Assembly (NCBI GenBank): GCA_038496445.1
Contig: JALMLS010000277.1
Coordinates: 62,001 to 126,000 of the forward strand
Direction of reading: 5' to 3'
Source of the DNA: Trichosphaerium sp. ATCC 40318
Lineage: Eukaryota; Protista; Tubulinea
Length of the DNA: 64,000 bases
A model generated the notes under the pieces. It was not told the DNA's origin. It saw nothing but the letters and a program-made list of their open reading frames with translations, and did no database searches. Of this stretch, positions 37,245 through 49,035 are shown piece by piece (within the stretch, counting starts at the first letter, position 1; every line of letters starts with the position of its first letter). A program made the translations under genes and the position numbers.

Positions 37245-40049
37245 TATCATTTTCTTCTTGGACTTGATGAATGAGTTTTAGCCTCTTCAGCGTGGGTCTA
37301 TCTAAGACAATCAAAATCAGCATTACAATACACCTACAAAACTTACCACTTCGAGAACGTTGTCTTCGTTTTCGGCTAAAAAAACCGTTTTGTCAAAAAA
37401 ATGATTTAGTGCTAGTTTTCTCAGTACCTCACTACCCTTCTAGTAGAAGTTGTAAACGACAATCTTGCAGGCTGTCTCTACTCATTATTAGTCTAACAAA
37501 AATCACAATAACATCTCCGTACAGAAACTTGATATGTTGGTTTTTTAAAAGCTCTTTCTTGGTTCTTTTTTGATAGTTCATATTCATACTTCTGTTCTAG
37601 AACTCGCACTTTTTCTGTCTATAGGCTCTATTAAACTATGAACAACTCGACTAACAATGTACCTCTACATTTAATTGTTTCTGTGCACAAACTAGAATCT
37701 CTTTTTGATGTATGTAGGCAAACCCAAGTGCGCTATACTCTTCCTTTACAGTAGCTTCACAATGTTCAACAAAACGCAGCTTCTAATTTTCGTCAAAATG
37801 AACATCACCTTCACTATAAAATACCTTCTCTAGCCCAACAATGGACATCATTAGGTTATCTCTAGACAACATCTTAAGCTAAAAACTAATCAGCAAAAAC
37901 AAACAATAACACTATTCTTGATTTCACAAACCTTATTCGAAGCATAAAGACGTCATCTTGTAAACGCAAGAAAGCCTCTACAAACAATAAAATCTCACTG
38001 TCCAGCCCTTCTTTAATTTGAAATGCATCACTAAGTGATTTACCAATATCAAGAATACTAGTCAGATCTTCTATACTCTCCTGTTTCATGTTTGAACAAT
38101 TGTTCTCTTCTTTTTCTGGTATCTTTTTTTGTGTTTGAACTATACTCTGTAACGCATCTGCAGTCCGATGTGACTGCTCAAGGTCATTCTTAACGCTCTA
38201 GTAAAGTGTTAGCATCTCGAAATATCTAATAGATTGGTTCACCTTGTTTTCATCCAAGACGTGAGAAAGTATATCTTGACACGAATCGTATTCAGATTTT
38301 AATTGTTTATACTTTTTCTCAATTGTTTCCATTGAAATAGTTTGTCCTTGTAGTTTACCAATCGCCTTATCTCTTTCTTTAGTTAATCTGTCATTACTTG
38401 TCTCTGCTACATCACATCGATCTAGCAATCCATTCAGACGCTCCTAAAAGATGAGTTGGCGATATATGTAATAACTGATGGTCGCACTTCATATTGAGCT
38501 ACACGCATCCTAGTTTGGCTACTTTGAGTAGACACCTTTGTTTGAAGTATTCGAATAACTTCATTACACTCCTTCAATGCTTTTTCATTGTCACTCATCT
38601 CACTTTGGACATGTTGTTCATTATTTGCTTCAGAAATAGCCTACAATTAAAGGTAAAAAAAATGAAACTAAAAAATGAATGAGTACATCTTTGGAAGCCT
38701 GTACTTGTTTTTGAAGATCTACCAGATCTTCACCGGCTTTCTCTTGGGTTTCTACCATTTTTGTAATGGTACTGTACAGATCTTCATTCTCTTGGTTTAA
38801 AGACATCATCTCGTCTTTTACTTTCTTGACTTTGTCTTGAAGAGATTTGTTTTCTTCAATTGTTTCAAATCGTTTTTTCTCCAACTCTCTAAGAGCACCT
38901 TCTGCAACCACATATCGTTCACTGAGGGCTCTATTATTCTCAATCGAATCCCGCAAGGTTACTTCTAAAGTACATATACGATCTTGCTTAACACTGCACC
39001 CAGAGCAAGCAGCAGTAGTACTGGAACCGGAATCAGATGGTGCGTTTGAGCGAACTTTTTGTGCTTGCTCGTTGGAGCTCCCAAGAGGTTCGCTTGGGTT
39101 TACACGTTTGTAAAAATTGGGAAACTTTGGAGGAGGCCCTGGATTGAACACCAAGCGCGAACTCGTCCGAGGAATTAATTCTACAAAAAACTTGTTAGGT
39201 CCATCAATATTTCGTATGTACAAGCATATTCACCTGTACTCGGTGCTGCAGGCTTCCTTAGACTAAGTAGCTGACAATTTAATAATTCGTTTTCTCCTCT
39301 GAGAGATTGTATTGTGTCATCCTTAATGCGTACAACTTCTTCTAGGCGTATAAACGCTTGGTTGCGCTAGTTGTAGAGTGAGAAGACTTTGGAAGCTACA
39401 GCATGACTACTTGCGTCTCGCAGAATCTGTTTTAACTCCTCCTGTGTTTTAAGCTTCTCTTTGGATGCTATTTCGCGCTTCAAGGATTCTTGGGATTGGT
39501 GTGCTGCGTGCTTGTATTTTACGCGCCAAAGTTTCATCTCGCTTGTTACTCTACGCACGGTTACGCTAGATTGTGTTACGCGGTTCACACTCACTCAGTT
39601 ACGCGCTTTGCCAAGCGCGCATTTTCGTCACCAAGATCCATAATGCGCTTTTCGTGGTTGAACGCTTGTTGCCAATCAATAAGAGGAGGTTCTCCCGGAT
39701 CTGGTTGAGAAAGGAGAGGCGGTTGCGACGCTGCCATTTGCGAACTTCCGCCGTGTGAACTGTCATTGCAAATACCCTCCAGCGTTTGTGTAGTATTATC
39801 CGATTCGATATTTACGCCATTATTTGGTTGTAAACAGTCGTTTCCGCCCAACCTATACGGATTGATGAGAGTAAAATGTAGTGTTCTGTTACCCCCACAG
39901 CAAACGCGATTGGATGACATTTGCTACACTTGCAACGAGCCAATCCCACCTCAATACTACAACGTGTCAAACAGCGAAATCTACCACTGGGCACCTTCAA
40001 ACTGTGACGCCCTCGCAACAAGAACTTTATATAGTTGGCGAGACGTCAT
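37245..40049 (-). CDS. Long coiled-coil protein of unknown function; multi-exon, ends approximate
   Basis: E/K/Q/L-rich heptad exons (ORFs 39591-39920, 38630-39223, 38198-38428, 37886-38089) joined by short introns. Confidence 0.7.
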
Positions 40050-40288
40050 TTTCTCTTGAGTAGTTGTTACATAGACAATATGTAAAAGAAAGTCGCGTTG
40101 CGTCAAAACGACAAGTCATCAATTTTGAAGGGAAAAAACGTTAAATACGATAGTATTGAAACAGACATAACTGCCAAACTTTTATTGTGCACAATGGTTC
40201 GTTTAGTGTAATAGATCCAATTGTGCAGTATACGTAAATTTACACTATAGAGCTATTCTCTAGACCGTGGTGATTCGTAAGTGATAAC

Positions 40289-40991
40289 TTACTTTTTACC
40301 AAGATTTTTGCGAGCACCAAACATTTCACCGACGAAATCTTTGTAGTGTACAGTGTTGTCTTTGTGTAGGCATACATTGAGCATTTCATTGAGCTAAAAA
40401 CGGAGTGTTTAGACAGGATTTTACAAAAAAAAAACAAAATAAATATTATTATTCACATACCTCGTTTTCGGTGAGTTTGTCGCCGTAGTTGAGAAGAGTG
40501 TTGCTTACAATAGCTTCTTCAATGACTCCAGTCTTGTCTTGATCAAAAACTTCGAAAGCAGCCATAACTTGCGCTTCACTATCAGTCTAGCGCAAATAAA
40601 TTAATAGTTGCATTAAAGAGCGCTGTAACGCACCTTTCTCATCTTGGAGCTCATCATGGACATAAACTCTGAAAATGGAACGCCACCAGTTTTTGTGATA
40701 TCAGCCTCTGCGAACATTTTGTCCAAAGCTGTGCCGCTAATTTTCATGTCTAAAGCGGTTACAAACGGATCACCTTCGATCACTTTTATGCGTACTGAAT
40801 TGCTTCAAAATGGTCCTCAAATCGTCCTTGGTCATTTCTTTCTTGTTACCAGACAATAAATCGAAGGTAGCTTTAAATTCACCGACTTGGTCGTCATCAA
40901 GGGTAGCAGAGCTTTCCTCGCGAGATATTGTTCTTCTCTACGCCTTGTTAATGCGGTACGGAATAAATAAACAACTTACGGCTCTAGACAT
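40289..40991 (-). CDS. mlcR: Myosin II regulatory light chain, amoebozoan type; five exons
   Basis: RRTISREESSATLDDDQVGEFKATFDLL...MFAEADITKTGGVPFSEFMSMMSSKMRK...LLNYGDKLTENEL closely follows Dictyostelium RLC as I recall it (REESS phosphosite, FAEADTTKSG, GDKLTE). Confidence 0.88.
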
Positions 40992-41601
40992 GCTTGTGTT
41001 GTTGGCTTATTTTGTTTCAAATCGGTGACTGAAAGCTAAAAAAATTCGCCTGACAACGCTTAACTGGCTTAAGAGTTGCAATTACTAGCGTAAATTAGCG
41101 TAAAACTAGTGCTATTCCGAACGTCGTTGGTCTATGTTTCCGTTTTTATCCGAAAAAGGCTTTAAACTAAAATACGTTGCTGGTTGTATGCGCTTCATGT
41201 GTGGGCTTATTATTACGCGTTGAGAATGCGGAAAACTGCCCCACATATTTTTATCTGTTTACAAGTTACTCATTGGCGTAATCTTGCATTAAACGCTCTG
41301 AAATTCGCTACATAAACCCCACGTTGAAGCTTCCTAGTTCCGTGTCTAACTGCATACAGTCCGTTGGCAAATTGCTACAAACACGTATTTTCGTTTTGTT
41401 ACACCATCTTTAGCGATAATGGAGAAGACATTTTAGGATGACATTTGTCAGACAAATATTGGCAAGATCGTGACACCGTTTTTGATTGCGATAAATAAAA
41501 TCGCTTTAATAATGCATTTCAGCCACGAGATAGCACATAAGTAAATAGGCTTTACTTTTTTTTTTTGAAATAATTAAAGTTGTGAAAGTACAGACTTCGT
41601 T

Positions 41602-42310
41602 CTACTTAACGAGTGCGCCTTGATATTGTAAAGGGACAGCACGCAACTTCAAGTATTGGCAGAATGAGAAACCAATTGTGGACATGCCATCTATGCTCGG
41701 TTAGAGTGAAAAAGCGCCAGCTACGTACTGGCATCCTCATCAATTTTGGTGTCACCATCAACCCAGTATGGGTTTTTCACGTTAAACGATCTACAAACCT
41801 CGCGTATTGGTAATTTGCCCTAGTGAGTTGGTGTAAGTAGCGTAATTGTCTCGTTTTTTTAACGTACATTACGCAATTTGAAGGTTTTTTCTTCTGCCAC
41901 TTTGTCTGTTTCGCCTACCTTGTTACTCAATAGTTGAACTGTTATCGGTGCGTTTGGATCACCGAGTGAGGCAAAGTCGATTTTTACTCTACAACACTGT
42001 TAGAAGAGCGCTGTGCATACTTACGCAACAGTGGCAGTGCGTTTGTGTCAATACTAAATTGTAATATGCACCCGAAGGACAGAAAACGTACTTTGATGAT
42101 GTCATTCTGGTAGTTGCTTTAGTTGGCCAAATAATTGATGGTGTAGATTGGTCAATCGTTACAAACTCTGTAAAAATAACTTTGAACGCCATGTGGATGC
42201 TTTTAGGTGGGATTGGCGTGCTAGTGGCGATAATATACTACATTCGAAATAATTACACCATTAAATCGCCATGGAAGCTCGCTCCATCACACAACGAGTG
42301 TAAACATTGC
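41602..42310 (-). CDS. Hypothetical protein (5' end uncertain)
   Basis: Exons join in frame: VKIDFASLGDPNAPITVQLLSNK...KTFKLRN|GKLPIREVCRSFNVKNPYWVDGDTKIDEDA|NGMSTIGF...LVK*. Confidence 0.55.
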
Positions 42311-42413
42311 AAAAACCACAATCACAGTGGTACGTTTTTTACAACGTAGAAATATTTACAATGCGCTCAAATGCATTGTATTATTTATTCATAGCATAGC
42401 TCGCGCTAAATAA

Positions 42414-43227
42414 ATGTCAGGAATGCCAGCGGTAGTAGTTGACAGCCCAAAACCGATGTACCCTCCTGAATTGGCCATTGTGCGCATCACCTTTGACATG
42501 TAGCACTGCTTATTCAAATTAGTTGCAGCCAACCGTAGAAGATTTTTTTCGCGAACACATTGGCTCTAAATATCAGCCAACGTCAGTAGGTATATTGTCC
42601 CTTCAAATGGCTAACCCAAAGTACGTACACTTTCTAGAAAACCCTGTTTGTTTTGACACTTGTAGGTTGGCTTATTCTCTTTATCGCGTTATCGCAGGAG
42701 CAGGTACATCGAGAAAAGTTTTGCCCTAAGCGTAAACTGACAAGTTCGTTTTTAGGTTTTGATGTTCAGTTGGTTGGTGAGTAAAATCAATCCTTTGGCC
42801 AAAATAGGACATAATGTAGTCGAGTATTATAATCCTTATTGTGAGATAGGAGGAACTTTTTATGAAGAAGAGGCATTCCCATATGTTACAGCGTATGGTG
42901 ATGATTGTCATATAACAAAGCAACAGTTTGTAGATACAGCAAGAAGTGCGTTTGTTCATGAATGTTTTTTTGTTTACGCGCGTAGGCAAGCACTGGTGGC
43001 TTGAAGTTGAGGGTTGTGTTTTGGATATTACAGTGAGACAATTTATTGTTCCAGAACGATCTTACGTATTTTTACCATTCGCTAACGCTAAGAGGTTCGT
43101 TTGGGACACTCTAGAGAGCGTATTTGTTAATATGTATTGTAGGTATGAGCCAAAAGTAATTGTTGATCTGGAAGACTTCGAACAACAAGACGATGACGGC
43201 GATGAAGATAATGAAAAGCGGGATTGA
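42414..43227 (+). CDS. Small transglutaminase/papain-like fold protein with a putative Cys-His-Asp triad and an acidic tail; multi-exon
   Basis: NPVCFDTCRLAYSLYRVIAGAGFDVQLVG ... KHWWLEVEGCVLDITVRQF. Confidence 0.65.
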
Positions 43228-44190
43228 GACACAATTTTTTTTTTTTTGGTTCTACACATTCCACCGCCTGTTAAATAGTAAACTTTTGTTATGATGCGCG
43301 CAAGAAACCTTTTTACGCGTTATTACAACGAGCGTAAGCTCGCACGGCGAGATGTTACATTTTTTTATTTCAAGTTGGTCCAAAGATATCCTAAGAACTT
43401 GTATTCGTTGTATTTATACACTCTCTGTTGATACGTGCTTTTTTTCAGGTACCACAATTTTTCTTTTCTTTTTCGTGAAGATTTCTTAAGTGTCTTGCAT
43501 CGATTTCGCTATTGGCCGCCCAGGATTGGGCGCGCCATTATAACTAAAGATTTAAAAAACGAATTACCCAATGACATAAACCAGAAACAGTACAGTCGCT
43601 TGCATAAGTAACAGTATATGTACCGAAAGAACTTTCTCTTGAGAAATAACTTCGACTTGACTAAAGCCCTTACGAAATGCTCTGATCTTAAACGAAATTA
43701 TGCGAAATTGGCAACTGCAATTGTTGCCTAACTTGAGATAGAAATATCGATAGCAAAGCATTATTACATTGACATTGAAACATAACAAAATTTATAATCA
43801 GACGTGGTAGTATTGCTCGCGGTAGACGTGGTTGAACTCATACTACTAGCTTCGTGTTGGTGGTGTGACAACAGCTTTCCATACGATCTATCGCCTGGCC
43901 CACGTTGTAACTTTTTTGCAAAATCAACAACACAAACAATTGAGATCAAACTAGAGGTTTACATTGCAATCAATGTACAAGCAAAATCTAAAGCGCCAAG
44001 TTGCATAAAACTTGAGCTCAAACTATTTTGCAACAGTTATTTACATTGAAGCTGCTAGAAATAGCATTAGTCAAGAAGGATTTCACGATTCAAACCATAA
44101 AACGTCATATCTCAGGTCATTGTACAAGTGTTTTTCTTTTTTATTTTTCAATACATTTTACAGGTTTGTTGGGCATATTTTTTGTACAAA

Positions 44191-46566
44191 TTATACAGTG
44201 TATGTAATCAGATATGAAGGGTAAGCACGATCATGTGCATAAAGTATATAAATATTACTTCCTTGGTGATAACTATAAACAAAAAAAAACCGGTCAGAAG
44301 ACAAGACTCAATCAACAACAAAAAAGAAGAAGTTGTGCTTTTTTTTCGTACCCTTGAACAGAATCATAACGCCTTGTTGAAAACATCAAATCTTGTGGTT
44401 GGTTTTTTTTCTTACTCTTCATTTTTGGAGGCATTCTACGCATCTTGTCCTGAGCGCATGATTTCGTCATACCGACGTTGACTTGAACAAGGAAGAATTG
44501 TCTAGTTTTTCCTTTTTTGTGACAATACCTGTCTGAATACTTTGCTTTTTCGGCGCTGTTTTAGAAGTTTAGACCACAAAACACGAAGACAATAGTTTGC
44601 TACGTACAAGTAAAGACCTGTTCCCCATAAACCTTGTCTAGCGAATCTAATATCAAAGCCATACTCTCCATTGTGTATTTCACTGCAAAATATCATGAGT
44701 TACGTGCAAAGAGGAAGATGATGACTAACTACTTACCTAGGTTTTGTAGTCTTGGTGCCATGGAACAATAGAAGCTCGGAGACTTCTCCGTTATTCTTCA
44801 AAACAACTGTGCTTCGTTCTCTAACGTAGCGTTGCCATAACCAAATGTTCTGTACTCTTTCAACCTTTGTTACGGTTGCAGAAGGCAAAGTATCCTAGTT
44901 AGTACGTGAGTAAATCTCAAAAGTAACTTAAGGCAAAGCACGTACAACTACACTTGCAGTAACTTTTGCAAATTCTCTGGACGCCTTATCGACTGAAACG
45001 AGAACACAGTTTTTATCTTGGGGCGCCCAGAAGTCAGGTATTGCCGTATGCATAGCAGATTGAAGTAATGTTGTTAGTGTATGAGAAGGATAAGATTTGC
45101 GTCTTTCTTTTTTAACAGAAGTTGGGCGCTTTGACCTAGATTGTTATTAGCGATTGTGCTTCGTTCAGAGTATGCTCACTTTTTGGTTTGTTTGGTTTGT
45201 TTGCTTGGTTTGCTTGATTTTGCTGGTAGATCTGTTGAAACTGCAATAGGACGTCTGCCAGTGTTAGTAGTGCTTGCATGTGCTGTATGGAGGAGTGTTG
45301 GGCTATGAGTAGCCAAGTATGACTGCCAGTTAGATTGGTTGCTTGCCGGGCGTTGTGCAATGTTATTTACAGGTGGTGCGGGTGCTGGCCTTTGATGTTC
45401 AACATACGGAGCAGTGCCATTTTGGTGTGGGGTTTGACTAGAGACTGAACCTTCGGGAATTGTTGGTACACTTGGAGTATGGTAGTGCTGTTCGCCTCCT
45501 TGTCGTAGCGTCTACGTAATATTAATCGACACTTAATGTAATTATTTCACGCGTACGCTACTCGAAGCAGTTTGTTGAACTGGTTGAGGTACTGTAGGTG
45601 CTGGTTTTGTTGCACGGTTTGGGATTGGTGGTAACTTTTTCTTCTTTCGTTTTTTTGTATCATTAGCTACACTGAATGTATTATGCCGTTGCAATGGTGC
45701 AACTGGTGATTGGCTATGACTTGCATCGCTAGGAACAGGAGGCTGAGCAGGTCGCGTTTGAGAAGGTGCTAAAATATTGAATGGATCGTGTTTGTATGTG
45801 TTTGTCATTGTTTGAGATCTTCTTCTTGTGTTATTGGTCCAGTTCTCGCTTGCAGCTTTTTGATGGATACGCGGTTGCTGGTACTGTACTGCAGGTTGGT
45901 GTTGAGGAGGGTATTGAGGTCGTGGAGGAGGTTGTTGATAGTTAGCAGGATTTGCGTTGTAAGTATTGAAATTGGGATTTCGCTGAGCTGGGTGGTATCC
46001 ACCTTGAAGCGTGTTGTGTGCAACAGGACGACCATTATGATTTTGAGGCCATTGTTGCGGCGGGTATTGAGGGTGTTGTTGGGGCCCTGGATGATAGCTC
46101 TACAAAAAAATGTCACAATCGGTTGTATTGACGTTAAGTACAGCAGCACGTTGTGGGCGCGGCGGTGGTCTTCTATGATGAGTTGCAGGTGCCCCTTGCG
46201 GCTGCGATTGATTGTACATTTTCTGTTGGAGCTGTTGTGCGTTCGCTGGGTTTGGCGCTTGCGTGAGGACCTGCTCACACTTTATTTTACGACAAAACTT
46301 AGTTTTGAGGTTTTTTTGTTTCATTTCTTTTAGTTTGATGTGGTAGTGCCTAAAAGTGTATTAGCGCGTGCCCGTTACATAATATATCGAACCGGCCACT
46401 CAAATGAATATCCAGCACCTTCGTGCCGTGCTGTCTCGCTTCGTTAAGGTGCCGGTTCGTTTCTGCGTCGTATGCTACCCATTCTACACATTTGTTACTT
46501 CACGTTATGCAAGTTACATGTACGTTTATCATCCTTCCAATACCACTGCATTGAAGGCGCTGACAT
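44191..46566 (-). CDS. WWE-domain PARP-family ADP-ribosyltransferase (predicted mono-ART) with a long Pro/Gln/Asn-rich linker; multi-exon
   Basis: WWE: MQWYWKDDKQWVAYDAETNRHLNEA...YHIKLKEMKQKNLKTKFCRKIK. Catalytic domain: KVERVQNIWLWQRY, ELLLFHGT, YGFDIRFARQGLWGTGLYFAEKAKYSDRY, RYDSVQG, SNIYILY..DRAYPSYLITY. Confidence 0.92.
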
Positions 46567-46961
46567 GGCTCAGAAACACAACGTAGAATAGTTGTCGATA
46601 GCTAGTGCAACCACAGTTTATATCAGGCGTTTTACAGGAGTATAGATCAATTCAAGGGTCAAAAAGGGTCGCTCTTCCCGAAAATATGCAGAGACGCTTA
46701 ATAAACAACACGCACGATGTTTTAGTGCGTATTTGTACTCCGACTGCCAGAAACACAAAACTGGATAAAAGTAAAGTTACTGAAAACGTTTTCTTTCCAA
46801 AAACTATAAAGTGATCAATATGTGGGCGGTTGTGTGATGTGGCGCTTTCTTTATTCCGCGTCATTTTCAGTGATTGCGTTTTAAGCCATTAACACCAAAA
46901 AACTCAACTACAACCATTGAATGCAACTCATCTAAACCTTTGCTTACTCCATTAAGATCCA

Positions 46962-48545
46962 ATGAACCAAAACAAAGCATTAGAAAGACAATTGCGCCAT
47001 GTAAATCGCTGCTGCGGTGATTTACTCGCTCGCTTACTTCACTTACAAGACTTGAAAGTAGTGTGCGACTCTGTTCTTCATCAGGTAATTTCACTAAAAA
47101 ATTTTGTTAATTTCGCTATTTAACCTTTAAAAACAACTACACTGATCACATAGCTTACACTTTTGAAGGACGCAGCTTCTGATTTTGAAGTACTCGAATT
47201 CTATGGCGACAGTGTACTATACGAACGAATCTCTAAAATGATCATGCAGACGCGTCGGTTCATGAATCCGTGTCTAATGACAGAACTAAGAAAGCAATGC
47301 GTAATGAATAGCAACCTCGTACGTTTTTACAGAAAAAAGCAAAATTATGATCCGTTAATACATCTAACGCCTTCCGTAAGGGTGCTGTATTCGATAAACT
47401 TGGATTACAGGCATTACTACCTTCAGGGTCAAACTCAAACTTTTCTGGTGCCAAAACGAAAGCGGACATAGTCGAGGCTATCATAGGCAAGTATTTAGGA
47501 ATTCATTGTTACACTTTGTTCCGTTTTTTTTTGTTTTTTTTTTCCTCCCAAGCGCTAAGTTTAGCAATCAAAGGTGAACTATCAGAGGCTCTACAGTGTG
47601 ATGATGCTAATCTATCTAAGCAAATTACAACAACACTAAACGAGTTTTTAACATACATTTGTTACGAGGGAGAAAAGAACTTTCTCGTTGGTATATCCCA
47701 ACAAGAGCAGGTATGTATATAAAACTAAATATAAACTAAACAAAAATTCTAACATTTTTTGTTTTAGGTGCAGCAAAGTAGGAACAACGGTTCACCAACC
47801 GCCACACCAAAAAAAGCACCTCAGAAACATTCAAACAATGATAAAACGTCTGTACCATCTGTTTCTTCTTCTAAAACGCCACCTAAGTCTCAACAAAAAA
47901 GAACCAACAGTAATAACAAAAAGGCTTCACCAAAAGGTACACTTTACTTCGTGTTCATGTTCGTTATGACAGTACTTCTATTCTTCTTTTTGAAAATCAG
48001 AAATTCTGATTTTCTGTATTTATCTTCTTCTCACAACGTTTAAAGGCAAGCACTCTAATACATCGCCTCCTTCAAGGCTATCTCGTATTATTGTAAGCCC
48101 AAAGAAAGTCCAGCAACCAAGTTATAAGAAGAAACAACAACCTAAACAGCAAAACAACAAAAGACAACGACAACAAAAGTCTAAACAAAGTAATAACAAC
48201 AATAGCAATAATAAGAAATCTCAACAAAGAAGAACAAGAAGAGCTCAAGAACCACGTGTTAAAAAGCCACGTGAATCAAGATATGATGGTCTATTCGAAA
48301 TGCTTGGTCCTGAGAAACCACAAGCGAGAACAATATCAAAAAACTCACTGGTAAAATCTTTCTCAAATGATTCTCTATCTACTCAACATAAGCAAGTACT
48401 ATTCTATACACCTGCTACTTCAGCAATGCTAAATGACCCTGCCATTATGAAATGTCAGATATCTAGTCGTCCACATTCGGCTAGAAGCTCACTGCAACAT
48501 GTAACACCTTTGCGAAGCAAAGGAGGCTCTGTTAGTGTTATTTAA
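46962..48545 (+). CDS. Minimal single-domain ribonuclease III (Entamoeba RNase III-like) with a basic low-complexity tail; multi-exon
   Basis: Signature DFEVLEFYGDSVL; LRKQCVMNSNLGAVFDKLGL; KTKADIVEAIIG with all four catalytic acids. No dsRBD, PAZ or helicase domain visible. Confidence 0.88.
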
Positions 48546-49035
48546 CGCTTTACTTTATTGCCAACATGAAATGCCCACCTCGAACAACAAACCCCACTAC
48601 TTGTACATATTATCACAAAAAGGCCCTCGTCTCAAAGATTAGAAAAGAAGAAAAGAATACGAACAATGACGAAACGGTGTCCTTTTTATTTGTGGAAGAG
48701 GTGGCATTTTTCTTTACATATAGAAGGACGAGATGGGATTTTTTTTTAAAGATCCTGTCCTTCCACCCTTGTCTTTGCGCTCGGGTGTAAATCTCTCACC
48801 TCCTTTTGGAGGAATTTTCCTCACGCTGTTACTCAGTCTGTTGCCAAAACGTTCAATACCGTTTGTATTGAAAAACTAGTACTGATTTCTCCGCTTCCTT
48901 AGAACAATAATCGTAGACGCTTGTTCTAGCGCTTGTTTGGGTTCTACGGGCAGCTATGGCTTAAAAGGTGTATTCGTTTTAGTGCCTTAAAGTTGTTCCC
49001 AATACTACATTGTACTGTAAATCACAGCAAGAGAA

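Noticed and set aside
43350-43950. Possible small minus-strand gene between the transglutaminase-like gene and the PARP
   Set aside because: Splice-like signals exist but I could not assemble a consistent reading frame.
45788-46333. 181 aa plus-strand ORF and overlapping alternative-frame ORFs
   Set aside because: Antisense or shifted shadows of the low-complexity PARP linker exon.
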